64,000 nucleotides of DNA from Candidatus Poribacteria bacterium (GTDB taxonomy: Bacteria; Poribacteria; WGA-4E; PCPOR2b): NCBI GenBank assembly GCA_965208675.1, contig OZ242351.1:2880001-2944000 (forward strand). The letters run 5' to 3'. Under the pieces are notes generated by a model. It did not search any database. It worked only from the letters and a program-made list of their open reading frames with translations, and was not told the DNA's origin. Within the stretch, counting starts at the first letter, position 1. Each line of letters starts with the position of its first letter. The position numbers and the translations under genes are program-made. This document shows, piece by piece, positions 11,001 through 20,508 of the stretch.

Positions 11001-13390
11001 CGGATACCGGCGTAGTGAGAGTAGGGGTGGATAGTGATGCGTTGGTAAGCACTCACAGCTCTGCCGCCCGGCTCGCTGACCGTCGCCGCGACAACGCCGC
11101 GCAACGCGGACGGGGATTTTAGACCCGTGGGAATTTTCAGTTGATAGGTCGTTTGGCCGTTTTCGTCCGTCTGAGTTTCGCCCAAATCAATGCGTTGTTT
11201 CTGGAACCCAATCTCCGCATCGTTGAAAGTGAATGAACGCCATTCTGCCGGAGTAAAGATATCCGCCTCAATTTCGCAAGCAGCTTGCACCCGTCTCCCT
11301 ACTGCCGGCGGTCCAAACAAGTTCACCGCCGCAACACTGATTTCCGCTTTATCGCCAAGGGCATAGACCGGTTTATCTGTGTTGAGCTTGACCTTAATCC
11401 TATCCGGCACAAATTCCTCAACTTGAAAATGCGAACGCCCAATTTCCTGTTCGGCAACTATCAGCTTGGCGGTATATCTGCCCGTCTTCACATAGGGTGG
11501 CAGCGCAATCTGAAATTCGCACGCCCCTTCCACATCGGTTTGAGCCCGGAACTCTCGCATTATCCGCCGGTTTGGCCCCAGCACCCGCATCAGCACCGGA
11601 AATCGCGGCGGAGTCGCACGATTTACTGCACGTACAATCCCCACCACGTTGGCGACCTCTCCGGGACGGTACACACCGCGGTCGGGGTAGATAAACGCCT
11701 CATAGCCCCTACTCAGGTACGGTGCGCCCGTGACATCGAAATCGGTTGTAGAGAGTTTATGCTGATTCAATTGAACGAACGCGAGATCGCTCCCTTTGGC
11801 AGCAGTGACCATGAACGGCGTAAAATCCTTAATCTTCTCCGCAATAGACGTAAACTTGACCCAACCATTTTCATCGGTCGTACCGCTCAACAAGGTCTGG
11901 TTGTTGTCGCTCATTAGTTTAATCTCTGCATAAGGAACAGGACGCAGCGATGAGAGCGAGTTGACCCATACCCACAACACATCCGCTGACTTTTTCGCCA
12001 TGATGCCGAGGTCGGTGAGCATAACCCACTGCGTGGCGCTTCGCCAGCGGCGGTCAATGTCACGCGCTGTCACCTTAAAAACACCGATGTGATCGGATGA
12101 CAGGTAATCCTTCAATGGGATAGGCGTTGTCACCTCGTCATTAAGTACAGACTGAATTTCAACCTCTTCACTGTGCAGGGACTCACCTAGATTTCGCGCA
12201 TAATCCGACCAACCCTGCGCACTAGCGAGAAAAACAAGGTTATTTGCAAATACTTTCTCGATTTCAACCTGCACCTTGTTGACGTTAATTGTCGCCAAAC
12301 CGAGGTTTAATGCACCATCTCTGGGTAGATAGCGTCCCTCACCGATGAAACGGAGATTCGGTCTCAGGTTTGGAATTGCCACAGTTGTGGAAAACTCTTT
12401 CCGGAGTACCGCGTTATCTTCCGAACGCAACCCCTGCTTAACTGTTACCGTATAGCGGTCAGCTGGCTTGAAGTCACCCAGAATTCTCAGATAGCGGTAT
12501 CGGCTAGCGAGTCTAAAATCTATCTCGGGTTCCACCACTATATACGGTTTGGCATCCTTGACATCAACACTTGAACTCACCTCAACCTCAATATAACGTC
12601 CATCTCCGCTGCTACGGGGGGATACGCGGGTGATGAGCAAATCATCGTGCCGCTTCAGGACAATTGGCGTGATATTAGCCTTCTCAAGACCGAGATGGCC
12701 GTCAATCGGCGTGAAACCCTTATCGATTTTCATCTGAATGCGCTGATCACCGTCACCCCGCACGACTTCCTCGGTCTCTAATTCTACGATGTACGCCTCC
12801 GGCGCACGCGTGCGTATATGATAGGGAATTTTCGCGCCGCCTTCGTGCGAAATCGAGAGCCGTTCCCTCAACGTTATGGCGCTGACACGATAATTGAATT
12901 CGACCGTGCCGATAATCTTCGCATGGCTCTTTTTTTTGGTACTGTATTCAAACGCAAGTCGAGAACTCCGTACCTGAAAACGCTCGGTGAAAAAAGCAAA
13001 CTTGCGTTTCCCGGTAATCGCAACATTTGGTGATGAAGGTATTTTCGGCGATATTTCCGCGGTGTATTCGCTGGACGGGGATAGAGAAACTATCGGGTAG
13101 AAACGAAGCGTGTTCAGTGCAATCCAGCGGAATTTGCCCGGAATTTGAGGAGTGAACTTGACGGGTATTTCGTTCAAATCTTGGTTAATGTCGGTGCTCT
13201 CAACAACCGGGCGAGAGAATGCAATGGTAAAATTCCCGTGCGGTTTTACTTGACCCTCCGGCGAAAACGTCTCAACGTAAACTTGATCCATTTCTCCCGT
13301 GTTATGGATTCCAATATAGATTGCCCCGGCAATGATAATGAATGAGAGGACACCGATGATGGCGAGCAGTTGTCTGTTGGTGAGTTTCAT
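8009..13390 (-). CDS. Bacterial alpha-2-macroglobulin
   Basis: 1793 aa, N-terminal TM anchor, DRGVYRPGE, thioester motif YPHGCVEQ, C-terminal AEAMYDP; upstream of pbpC. Confidence 0.95.
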   Translation of the reverse strand: MKLTNRQLLAIIGVLSFIIIAGAIYIGIHNTGEMDQVYVETFSPEGQVKPHGNFTIAFSRPVVESTDINQDLNEIPVKFTPQIPGKFRWIALNTLRFYPIVSLSPSSEYTAEISPKIPSSPNVAITGKRKFAFFTERFQVRSSRLAFEYSTKKKSHAKIIGTVEFNYRVSAITLRERLSISHEGGAKIPYHIRTRAPEAYIVELETEEVVRGDGDQRIQMKIDKGFTPIDGHLGLEKANITPIVLKRHDDLLITRVSPRSSGDGRYIEVEVSSSVDVKDAKPYIVVEPEIDFRLASRYRYLRILGDFKPADRYTVTVKQGLRSEDNAVLRKEFSTTVAIPNLRPNLRFIGEGRYLPRDGALNLGLATINVNKVQVEIEKVFANNLVFLASAQGWSDYARNLGESLHSEEVEIQSVLNDEVTTPIPLKDYLSSDHIGVFKVTARDIDRRWRSATQWVMLTDLGIMAKKSADVLWVWVNSLSSLRPVPYAEIKLMSDNNQTLLSGTTDENGWVKFTSIAEKIKDFTPFMVTAAKGSDLAFVQLNQHKLSTTDFDVTGAPYLSRGYEAFIYPDRGVYRPGEVANVVGIVRAVNRATPPRFPVLMRVLGPNRRIMREFRAQTDVEGACEFQIALPPYVKTGRYTAKLIVAEQEIGRSHFQVEEFVPDRIKVKLNTDKPVYALGDKAEISVAAVNLFGPPAVGRRVQAACEIEADIFTPAEWRSFTFNDAEIGFQKQRIDLGETQTDENGQTTYQLKIPTGLKSPSALRGVVAATVSEPGGRAVSAYQRITIHPYSHYAGIRRVSEGHVKINAETRFEYIALDKEGIPAPGRVLELTLFKLQWNSILKRDNRGRYKYVSEKQGILVESYPLASSGSIKSIGFSPGEYGEYRVQLRDLASGASTSTNFTVTGWGYAPWAMDQPGRIEIDLDKATYQPGEIAKAQIKAPFSGKLILTIERDNPLSYRTVMLHENTAVIDIPVRAEYTPNVYISANLIRSTKSLERHAPARAFGVAPLKIDSEAKRLAVQLNAPEKIRPNRTVEIGFRVKGGSGARHVTIAAVDEGILQLTDFRTPDPHGFFFQQRGLDTASYDLYSAILPEIEAAKGDLSTGGGDGIEAGRKKRLSTISVTRIKPVSLWSGLLKTDSAGKGVVRFDVPSFNGQLRLMAVAFDGDRFGSAQAFVSVREPIVMTPTFPRFISGGDRFQVPVTIYNGTGKPGDFELQLSATAFVDITGSRTQSVHLDLETEKQVLFNLEASDAMGEVRFNLSAAGNDERAQIETHLPLRPAAPPVTLTGYGVVSAGQPADFTFPSNFIEGTAVYTFTISPFPAVQFAGGLQYLLSYPHGCVEQTTSMVFPLLYFDEFARLVEPELFQSGGSDYFIMEGIAKLESMLLPSNYFAYWPGETHTHHWGSIYAAHFLVEARKAGYQVSDRVYDAMLKGLKHEAKQSGGDGRHEMERVAYACYVLAAAGHPEKSTMVYLKNNRLDSLSDYSQFQLAGAFALSGDLNTALSMLPTTVAPRTDDDVRESGGNLNSSVRAQAIMLDVLAEVNPNHPSIPNLVKRLADSASNNNRWYTTQENAFAFLALGKTFKTQMQSDYIGTVALNGEQFADFDAAEQQFANENWGGAQVQVNVEGTGNCYYYWTAFGVQTDSTIQEFDNELQVRRSYFSENGVPIEDGNFQHGGLLVAEITIKALTDTLENVAVVDVLPAGFEIENPRLESRAGVPWISKSGFQPDYMDIRDDRLIFFGKFPRQKKQKFYYALRAVTRGDFALPPVAAEAMYDPTKSSVASSGRIRVVE

Positions 13391-13462
13391 GGCTGTTTCC
13401 TCCTATACTAAACTAGACGATGCTATTCATTGTTGGTTTACGCGCAAAGCATCCAAAACACT

Positions 13463-13485
13463 GTAGGAACGATCTCCGAATCGCG
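13463..13485. repeat. GTAGGAnCGATCTCCGAATCGCG REP-like unit
   Basis: Near-identical copies at ~36739-36761 and 43827-43850. Confidence 0.6.
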
Positions 13486-13656
13486 GCGTCAAATCTCGGC
13501 TTCTTCGATTGCGGGCGCGACATGCTCGTTTCGGGATTACCGGTCCAACAGGCTTAAACCCATGGCACAAACACGTGCTTCTTGGGGAGATTATTTGCAT
13601 TGTGATTCGGCGTATTGTATGCTACACTCACGCAGTGTCTAAAGGGGAGGATAGGG

Positions 13657-13890
13657 ATGGCATCAAACACCAGCCAAACACCAAACGTAGATGAATTGAT
13701 CGAACTTGCAGAGAGGAATCTGATTGAACTGGGCATCGAAGGGGCTTCCGTCTCCCATCACGGCGCGATTGTGCGCATCCAAGTGCCAGATTCGGACTTT
13801 GATCGAACTGTTCAGCTGCGCGAATCAATTGTAAATCGGCTTAAAGCAATCGGTTATCGGTATGTCGCCCTCGATTTAAACGAAAATTAA
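13657..13890 (+). CDS. Small protein resembling the C-terminal domain of LarE (ATP-dependent sulfur transferase)
   Basis: GGGGAGG RBS. SHHGAIVRIQVP...LKAIGYRYVALDL resembles the LarE C-terminus (RVRxHGxxARIE...GFxYVTLDL); no PP-loop. Confidence 0.6.
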   Translation: MASNTSQTPNVDELIELAERNLIELGIEGASVSHHGAIVRIQVPDSDFDRTVQLRESIVNRLKAIGYRYVALDLNEN

Positions 13891-13916
13891 CGACACACGT
13901 CTCGGAGGTGTAAAGA

Positions 13917-15080
13917 ATGTCCGTTTTGGAATGGCCCACAGGTCTGACCGTGTATAAGCCTGAAAAGTGCTGCAACGGATACACCGTCTATGCGCCGCAT
14001 CTCAGCCCATACGTGTACATGATCGACATGAACGGCGAGGTAGTTCACATGTGGGCGGTGAATATGCAAAAGGACGATGAGAATCAAGGGACAACCATCG
14101 GAACGACATGGTACCACAAATACTTGCCGAAGGGGAATCTCCTCGTTTTCGTTAACCGATTTGGCGTCAAGGAACTCGACTGGGATAGCCGCGTTGTCTG
14201 GGAATACCGTGACAAGAACGCGCATCACGACTTCGTCCGATTGGACAACGGTAACACCATGATACTCACGCGCGAGTTGGGTATCAGTGAACCCCGGATT
14301 TCGGATAAGCCAGTTTATGACGACCGATTCATCGAAGTCACGCCATCAGGTGATATTGTTTGGGAATGGCGGTCTATCGACCATTACGATGACTTTGAGT
14401 TCACTCCGGAGGCGAAGCGCCTGATTCGAGAACGCGGGCTTAGAAATGGAGGCGTAGACTGGCTGCACACCAACACACTAGAGGTTTTGCCCAACGGGAA
14501 CATCTCAACATGTTTCAGAGAAGTTGGTATGATCGCCATCGTCGACAAAAACACTGGAAGGTTCCTGTGGAAATATGATAACCTCGTCGGCCCGCATCAC
14601 CCCAACATGCTCGAGAACGGCAACATCATTGTCTATGATAACGGCGGACAAAGCGGGTATCCATTGCGATGGCGCAACTACACGCGTCTGCTAGAGATAA
14701 ACCCGCAGACCAACGAGACTGTCTGGGAGTACAGCTACCTGCCGCAGAATTGGGAGCGGACGCATTTCTCCAGTCTGCAAGGCCGCCATAGAAGTCAGTT
14801 TTTTAGCACTGCGTGGGGGTCAATTCAGCGGCTTCCCAACGGCAATACGTTTTCGCTGGATGCCACCGGCGGGCGCCTATTCGAAATTACGGCGGAGGGC
14901 GAGATTGTATGGGAATACGTTAATCCCTACCTGAGCTTCAGTTTTGAACCGTATGCAGCAGGATCGAGCGTCAACAGAGGTGTTTACCGGTGTTACCGCA
15001 TCGCTTATGAGGACGCGCCGCAGGCATCTACGCACGGGACATCGGGCAAAGCCCTCTATAGACCAGGATATAGAATATGA
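13917..15080 (+). CDS. Aryl-sulfate sulfotransferase (ASST)-like beta-propeller protein
   Basis: HHDFVRLDNGNT, DWLHTN, HHPNMLENGNIIVYDNG, QRLPNGNT and repeated IVWEY; GGAGG RBS; no signal peptide seen. Confidence 0.8.
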   Translation: MSVLEWPTGLTVYKPEKCCNGYTVYAPHLSPYVYMIDMNGEVVHMWAVNMQKDDENQGTTIGTTWYHKYLPKGNLLVFVNRFGVKELDWDSRVVWEYRDKNAHHDFVRLDNGNTMILTRELGISEPRISDKPVYDDRFIEVTPSGDIVWEWRSIDHYDDFEFTPEAKRLIRERGLRNGGVDWLHTNTLEVLPNGNISTCFREVGMIAIVDKNTGRFLWKYDNLVGPHHPNMLENGNIIVYDNGGQSGYPLRWRNYTRLLEINPQTNETVWEYSYLPQNWERTHFSSLQGRHRSQFFSTAWGSIQRLPNGNTFSLDATGGRLFEITAEGEIVWEYVNPYLSFSFEPYAAGSSVNRGVYRCYRIAYEDAPQASTHGTSGKALYRPGYRI

Positions 15081-15132
15081 ACTCAGGGTCTAGTTCATAC
15101 CAAACCCAAAGATTCCTAGTCCCGGCCTTCGT

Positions 15133-16518
15133 TTAGGAGTTGACAACCTTGCCCGGATTCATGATGTTCTGCGGGTCAATCGTGCGCTTGATAGCGCGCA
15201 TCAGATCAATTGCGTCACCGTGCTCCGCTCGCAAATACTTCATTTTGCCCATCCCAACCCCATGTTCGCCGGTGCATGTGCCATCTAACGCGAGCGCCCG
15301 CATCACAAGCCGTTCATTTAGGCGCTCCGCTTCGGCAACTTCCTCTTGGTCGTCCGGATTGATAAGGAAAACTACGTGGAAATTACCGTCGCCTACGTGG
15401 CCTAGGATCGGCGCGGTAAGGAATGATTCCTGAAGATCCTTCTTGGTTCCGATGACACATTCGGCGAGCCGAGAGATGGGTACGCATACATCAGTTGGCC
15501 AACCTTTACGGCCGGGCGACAGCGCCTGCGCGGCATAATAGGCATCGTGTCGAGCCTGCCATAACTTGCTGCGTGCTTGCGCCTCGGTTTCCCACTGAAA
15601 ACCGCCCCCGCCGAATTCCGATACAATAGTCTCCACCAACTCCGCCTGCTCCTTGACACCGGCTTCAGTGCCGTGAAACTCCATGAACAAGGTCGGCTGC
15701 ACCGCATAATCGAGGTCGGAATATCTGTTAACCGCATCCATCTGAATCTCATCCAGCAGTTCAATCCGCGCTACCGGAACGCCTAACTGAATTGTTCGGA
15801 TAACGGCGTTTACCGCCCCTTCAATATCCGTGAAAGACACCACCGCCGCAGAAATCGCCGCTGGAACCCCGTAGAGTTTAAGCGCAACTTCGGTAATAAC
15901 GCCGAGCGTGCCTTCCGAACCTACGAACAACCGCGTCAAATCGTAACCCGCCGATGATTTCCGCGCGCGGTTCGACGTTCTTATAATCCTCCCATCTGGC
16001 AGCACGACGCTAAGCCCAAGTACGTTCTCCAACATCGTCCCGTAACGGACGGCGTTGGTGCCGCTCGCGCGCGTGGATGCCATTCCGCCAATGGAAGCAT
16101 CGGCGCCCGGATCAATTGGGAAGAACAAGCCCGTGTCTCGCAGGTGTTCATTCAATTGCTTGCGAGTGACGCCGGCTTGGACAGTACAATCCAGATCGGA
16201 GGGATTCACCGCTAGGACATCCTTCATCTGGGAAAGGTCAATGCAGATTCCGCCGTGCAGCGCAATCGCATTGCCTTCAACCCCGGTGCCGGTGCCAAAC
16301 GGGATGATTGGTGTGCTGTGGGCGGCGCAAATCTTGACAATTTCCGCAACCTCTGCCGTCGAATGGGGTATGCACACAGCATCAGGAGGACGCGGTTTAT
16401 GGTAGGATGCGTCTCTGCTGCGATTCGCAAGTACCGAGGCGGATGTGGAAGCCCGCTCTCCGAGAAGCATCCGTAACTCATGAATCACAGCGTTGAATAC
16501 AGCAGAAGTAACGCGCAT
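15133..16518 (-). CDS. FAD-linked oxidase, D-lactate dehydrogenase-like
   Basis: DPGADASIGGM, GSEGTLG, GHVGDGNFH, TGEHGVG, NPGK motifs. Confidence 0.9.
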   Translation of the reverse strand: MRVTSAVFNAVIHELRMLLGERASTSASVLANRSRDASYHKPRPPDAVCIPHSTAEVAEIVKICAAHSTPIIPFGTGTGVEGNAIALHGGICIDLSQMKDVLAVNPSDLDCTVQAGVTRKQLNEHLRDTGLFFPIDPGADASIGGMASTRASGTNAVRYGTMLENVLGLSVVLPDGRIIRTSNRARKSSAGYDLTRLFVGSEGTLGVITEVALKLYGVPAAISAAVVSFTDIEGAVNAVIRTIQLGVPVARIELLDEIQMDAVNRYSDLDYAVQPTLFMEFHGTEAGVKEQAELVETIVSEFGGGGFQWETEAQARSKLWQARHDAYYAAQALSPGRKGWPTDVCVPISRLAECVIGTKKDLQESFLTAPILGHVGDGNFHVVFLINPDDQEEVAEAERLNERLVMRALALDGTCTGEHGVGMGKMKYLRAEHGDAIDLMRAIKRTIDPQNIMNPGKVVNS

Positions 16519-16610
16519 GGTGGGAAGTTTCAGATTCTCTTTTTCAAAATTTCAGATGAGGGGTTCTGGGAAAGTCATCTGAAATCTCTAAGCATCTTTC
16601 TCAGTTGAGT

Positions 16611-17390
16611 TTAATGTGTACACCTGCCGCCGTCAACGTTGATAGATTGTCCCGTGATATAAGCTGCATCATCGCTCACCAGAAAAGTTGCCATCCTGGC
16701 AATGTCTTCCGGCTCGGCTCTCGGTCCCAGTGGCGCCGCAGGTATCTGTATGAGTTCTTCGGGTATCTTGCCGTCGTCCACATACGCCCGCATTTTAGCG
16801 AGGACTGATTTTCCCATGTGCGTATCCACAACGCCGGGACATATTGCGTTTACTGTAATCTCGTGGGGTGCAAGCGCCATCGCAGCCGATTGCGTTAGGT
16901 TAATTATGGCGGATTTGCTGGCGGCGTAGGCTGCTAAGACAGGCCGCCCAGACTTGCCCGCTACCGAGGAGATGTTTACGATTCGGCCGCACCGCCCTTG
17001 ATTTATCATTGCTTTGGCTGCCGCCTGCATGCCGAATAGCATGCCCTTCAGGTTTACCGCAAATACACCGTCCCATTCATCCTCGGTAATTTCCAAGAAC
17101 GGTTTGACGTGTCCAACGCCGGCGTTGTTGACCATGATATCAAGCCGTCCGAAGTCTGTGGCTGTCCGAGCCGCCATCGCCGCCATCTGGGACTGAACCG
17201 TCACATCAACTAGCAGCGGCATCGCATCTGCACCTAGGGTTTTGATCTCATCGGCTACCGCGCGCGCTGTGTCTAAATTTCGGTCAGCGACTACCACATT
17301 GGCGCCATTTCGCGCCAACTCAAGCGCAATTCCACGGCCGACACCCCTTCCACTACCTGTGACAACAGCAACTCGCCCTGCCAGCTTCAT
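16611..17390 (-). CDS. Short-chain dehydrogenase/reductase
   Basis: TGSGRGVG, NNAG, YAASK, VDGG; start taken at MKLAGRVAVV. Confidence 0.9.
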   Translation of the reverse strand: MKLAGRVAVVTGSGRGVGRGIALELARNGANVVVADRNLDTARAVADEIKTLGADAMPLLVDVTVQSQMAAMAARTATDFGRLDIMVNNAGVGHVKPFLEITEDEWDGVFAVNLKGMLFGMQAAAKAMINQGRCGRIVNISSVAGKSGRPVLAAYAASKSAIINLTQSAAMALAPHEITVNAICPGVVDTHMGKSVLAKMRAYVDDGKIPEELIQIPAAPLGPRAEPEDIARMATFLVSDDAAYITGQSINVDGGRCTH

Positions 17391-17412
17391 AATACGTCGC
17401 CTCACTGTCAAT

Positions 17413-18282
17413 TCAAAACTCTTGGTACCCATCCAAGAAATCTTTAACCACGTGATAAAAGCGCTCAGGTTTCTCAACCATCGGTGCGTGATGCGAACCT
17501 TGAAATTCGTAAAATAGCCCGTTGAGCCTTTCGGCTAAACGCTCGGAGGCAGCGCGGGAAACATACGGGTCATACTGTCCATGAATTACCAACACATCCG
17601 CTGAACAAGGCTCGAGGTCATCCAAGAGGCCACAGGCACACACCTGTTTTAAAAGTGTCGCCGCAGCTCGCACATCAACCTCCGCCAAGCTTTGCTGCTC
17701 ATTTTTTGCAGCGGTCCACGATCTGAGCGCAATGAGTTTGCCGAGTTTGACCAATGGGATCTGGAGTCCAATTGGCAGGGTCTTGAACGCACTTAAACAG
17801 TTTGCCACAAGTTTCGGCCGATTCGCAACCGGCTGCAGCCATTTCACATCAGTTACGGGCGCGCCGCACACAATCACTCGCTTCGCGGGAAGCATACGCT
17901 TAAGCAAAAACAGTGATAGTTGCGCGCCCATCGAATGGCCCAACAAACCGTGTAACTTTTGCTCATTTGTAATTTCCAGAATTAATTCGGCGAGGATTGC
18001 CGCATAAATCTCAAGTGTGGTGTAATCCAGCGAAATCGCCGGAGTTTGTCCAAACGACGGCAAATCGAGTGCCCACACCTCATAATGCCGGCCAAGCCTC
18101 TCACCCAGATTCGTCCACCTTAGGCTTGAATCTAACCAGCCGTGTACCAGCAGCACCCTAGGACCATGTCCCCACCTTCTTACAAGGATTGGGATTTTCC
18201 CATTGGCCGAAACTTTGAGGTCGTTTTCGAGGTCAATGAAGAATCTTTCCATATCGCTTTGTGTAGCTATTGAGTCTATCAA
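17413..18282 (-). CDS. Alpha/beta fold hydrolase
   Basis: LVHGW, GHSMG nucleophile elbow, GQYD, HAPMVE. Start could be the ATG of MERFF. Confidence 0.85.
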   Translation of the reverse strand: MIDSIATQSDMERFFIDLENDLKVSANGKIPILVRRWGHGPRVLLVHGWLDSSLRWTNLGERLGRHYEVWALDLPSFGQTPAISLDYTTLEIYAAILAELILEITNEQKLHGLLGHSMGAQLSLFLLKRMLPAKRVIVCGAPVTDVKWLQPVANRPKLVANCLSAFKTLPIGLQIPLVKLGKLIALRSWTAAKNEQQSLAEVDVRAAATLLKQVCACGLLDDLEPCSADVLVIHGQYDPYVSRAASERLAERLNGLFYEFQGSHHAPMVEKPERFYHVVKDFLDGYQEF

Positions 18283-18670
18283 CCGAGCTGTTTTTCAGGA
18301 TGTGCGTAACCCGAAACGATAACATAACCCCTACTAGACGTCAAGCAAATACAGACGGCGCTAGGGTTTGCCGCGGCGTGGAGCGCCAGATTGCACTGCA
18401 GCACAAAATCCGAAACCAACGGCAAATCAACTTGATCTTTTTGGGTTTCCATCATACAATGAAGCATGTAAAGCGCATTTGAAAGAACGAGTCCAACAGT
18501 CCAGTCCATTTTTGCATATCTTTCGGTAAGCGCGGTTTCCACACGCACCCACCAACTAGTCAAATACCGCTACGGTGCGGAAACTGGTAGAACTCTTGCA
18601 GAAATTCACCACAGGATCTGCGGGTGAAGTTTGTCGTTTTAATCGCTGAATGCTTAATGCGCAGGTTCTC

Positions 18671-19072
18671 TCAATCAGCCTCGATACGCGCAGATCCCCA
18701 CTCTTTCCCTTCGGGTTCACCTAATTCAACTTCAACAGCTTTAAGTTGCACATCGAATCTTTTCAATTCTTCAGAAACGTGCTTAAAAAAATACGCGGAC
18801 AACATTTCACAAGTTGGACACGCCATCTGTTCTTCGGTCAAAGCTAGATTTTCATTCAGATAGGTGTTAGCAACGTTTTGGACAAGCGGATCGGCAATTT
18901 CGCGTAGCTTCAGGATGTCGATGACCATTCCATTTTTCGGTATCCCTTTCACAAATAGCTTCAGCGTCCAGTGATGCGTGTGCGGCGTCTCACGCACCGA
19001 CAAACTGTGGCTCGCATAGAATTCAAACGGAACGATGACAGTGGTGTACAATGCTCTTCTCCTTTCACACAT
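18671..19072 (-). CDS. 6-pyruvoyl-tetrahydropterin synthase (QueD/PTPS) family protein
   Basis: FYASH, ETPHTHHW, GMVID, YLNE and PTCE motifs of the T-fold PTPS family. Confidence 0.8.
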   Translation of the reverse strand: MCERRRALYTTVIVPFEFYASHSLSVRETPHTHHWTLKLFVKGIPKNGMVIDILKLREIADPLVQNVANTYLNENLALTEEQMACPTCEMLSAYFFKHVSEELKRFDVQLKAVEVELGEPEGKEWGSARIEAD

Positions 19073-19295
19073 TTAAATTTGGACAGGGATTATAATAAGA
19101 AATCTGATAACTCCTGTCAAGCGGTAACACCAATTCCCGTTTTCGCGCCGTAAAGTAGCAGGCACACTCCGTATTCCGTAGCCGTAACAGAAATTCGCCG
19201 TATGCCTTAACCAGCGTCACCATGGCTCCAATCGTGTTTCAAATAAACCCGACCACAATTCTACCTTGTAATCAAATTTAAGAAGGATTCGCCGA

Positions 19296-20489
19296 ATGCC
19301 AAAACGTAAAAAAATCGCAGCAATTATTACGGAATATCGGCCGTTGTCCCACGCCGACGTGATCGTAACAAAATTCATGAAAGGTTTCCCGACCGATGGC
19401 GGATTAATTCAACCTAGCGTCGACATCGTGTCTATGTATGTCGATCAATTTGCCCAAAACGACTTGAGCCGAAAACTCGCCGCCGAACACGGTGTAGAAA
19501 TCTATCCAAGCATTGTAAAAGCCTTGACACTTGGCGGAGAGCAGTTGGCTGTCGACGGAGTCCTCTTGATCGCGGAACACGGCGACTATGCATGGAATGA
19601 AAAAGATCAAAACCTCTACCCGCGGAAATACTTTATGGAGCAGATCTGCGGCGTCTTTGCGAAAAGCGGTAACGCCGTCCCAGTTTTCTGCGATAAACAC
19701 CTCTCCTACAACTGGCACGACGCCAAGTGGATGGTCGACCGCGCAGCGCAACTGGGGTCGCCCTTCATGGCGGGTTCTTCCCTGCCGCTAGCCTATCGAA
19801 ACCCGTGGCTGGAACACGAGTTGGACGCCCCGATTCAGGAGGCAATCGCAATTGGTTATGCCGGGCTGGATGTCTACGGTTTTCACACGCTGGAAACGCT
19901 GCAATGTATGCTTGAGCGCCGCCTCGGCGGCGAAACGGGGGTTGCAGCCGTGACGTGTTTAGAAGGCGTTGCCGTGTGGAATACCGCTACCATTGGATTG
20001 TGGTCGTACAAACTGGCATCGGCCGCCTGTGACGCTATTGAGAACAAACCCGCGGGGTCAATGGAGGAACATTGCCCACATCCGGCACTGTTTCTCATCG
20101 AATACCGCGATGGAACACGAGGCGCGATTTTGATGTTGAATGGCTATGTTTCTGATTTCGCATATGCCTGTCGTGTTAACAACGAAATCCATAGTACAGA
20201 ATTCCATTTATTGAACAGTCCTCCGCACCCCCATTTTAGTTACCTTAGCTTGAACATCGAAGAGATGTTTGTCACCGGTGAGCCGTCTTATCCCGTCGAG
20301 CGAACCCTGCTGACGACAGGTGTGCTTGAAACAGCCTTGGACTCGCGCTATCGCGGTTATGCGCGTCTTGAAACGCCTCATCTAGACGTTGCATATCGCG
20401 CACACGATTCAATTCCGTGGAGGCCAACAGGCAGCCAACCGGTTGGCGCGTCGCTTGAACCGTTGCCATCGTCAGAGTATGACGGATAA
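19296..20489 (+). CDS. Conserved hypothetical protein, distantly Gfo/Idh/MocA-like
   Basis: Long ORF with RBS; SHADVI, IAEHGDY, PVFCDKHLS, MAGSSLP, YGFHTLE. Function uncertain. Confidence 0.6.
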   Translation: MPKRKKIAAIITEYRPLSHADVIVTKFMKGFPTDGGLIQPSVDIVSMYVDQFAQNDLSRKLAAEHGVEIYPSIVKALTLGGEQLAVDGVLLIAEHGDYAWNEKDQNLYPRKYFMEQICGVFAKSGNAVPVFCDKHLSYNWHDAKWMVDRAAQLGSPFMAGSSLPLAYRNPWLEHELDAPIQEAIAIGYAGLDVYGFHTLETLQCMLERRLGGETGVAAVTCLEGVAVWNTATIGLWSYKLASAACDAIENKPAGSMEEHCPHPALFLIEYRDGTRGAILMLNGYVSDFAYACRVNNEIHSTEFHLLNSPPHPHFSYLSLNIEEMFVTGEPSYPVERTLLTTGVLETALDSRYRGYARLETPHLDVAYRAHDSIPWRPTGSQPVGASLEPLPSSEYDG

Positions 20490-20508
20490 CACACAAACGT
20501 CGAATGCG

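Noticed and set aside
18279-18563. 94-aa ORF between the PTPS gene and the hydrolase
   Set aside because: No recognisable motif or RBS. It overlaps a REP-like palindrome (ggtgcgtgtggaaaccgcgc) and a likely TTGACG-N17-TATCGT promoter of the hydrolase.
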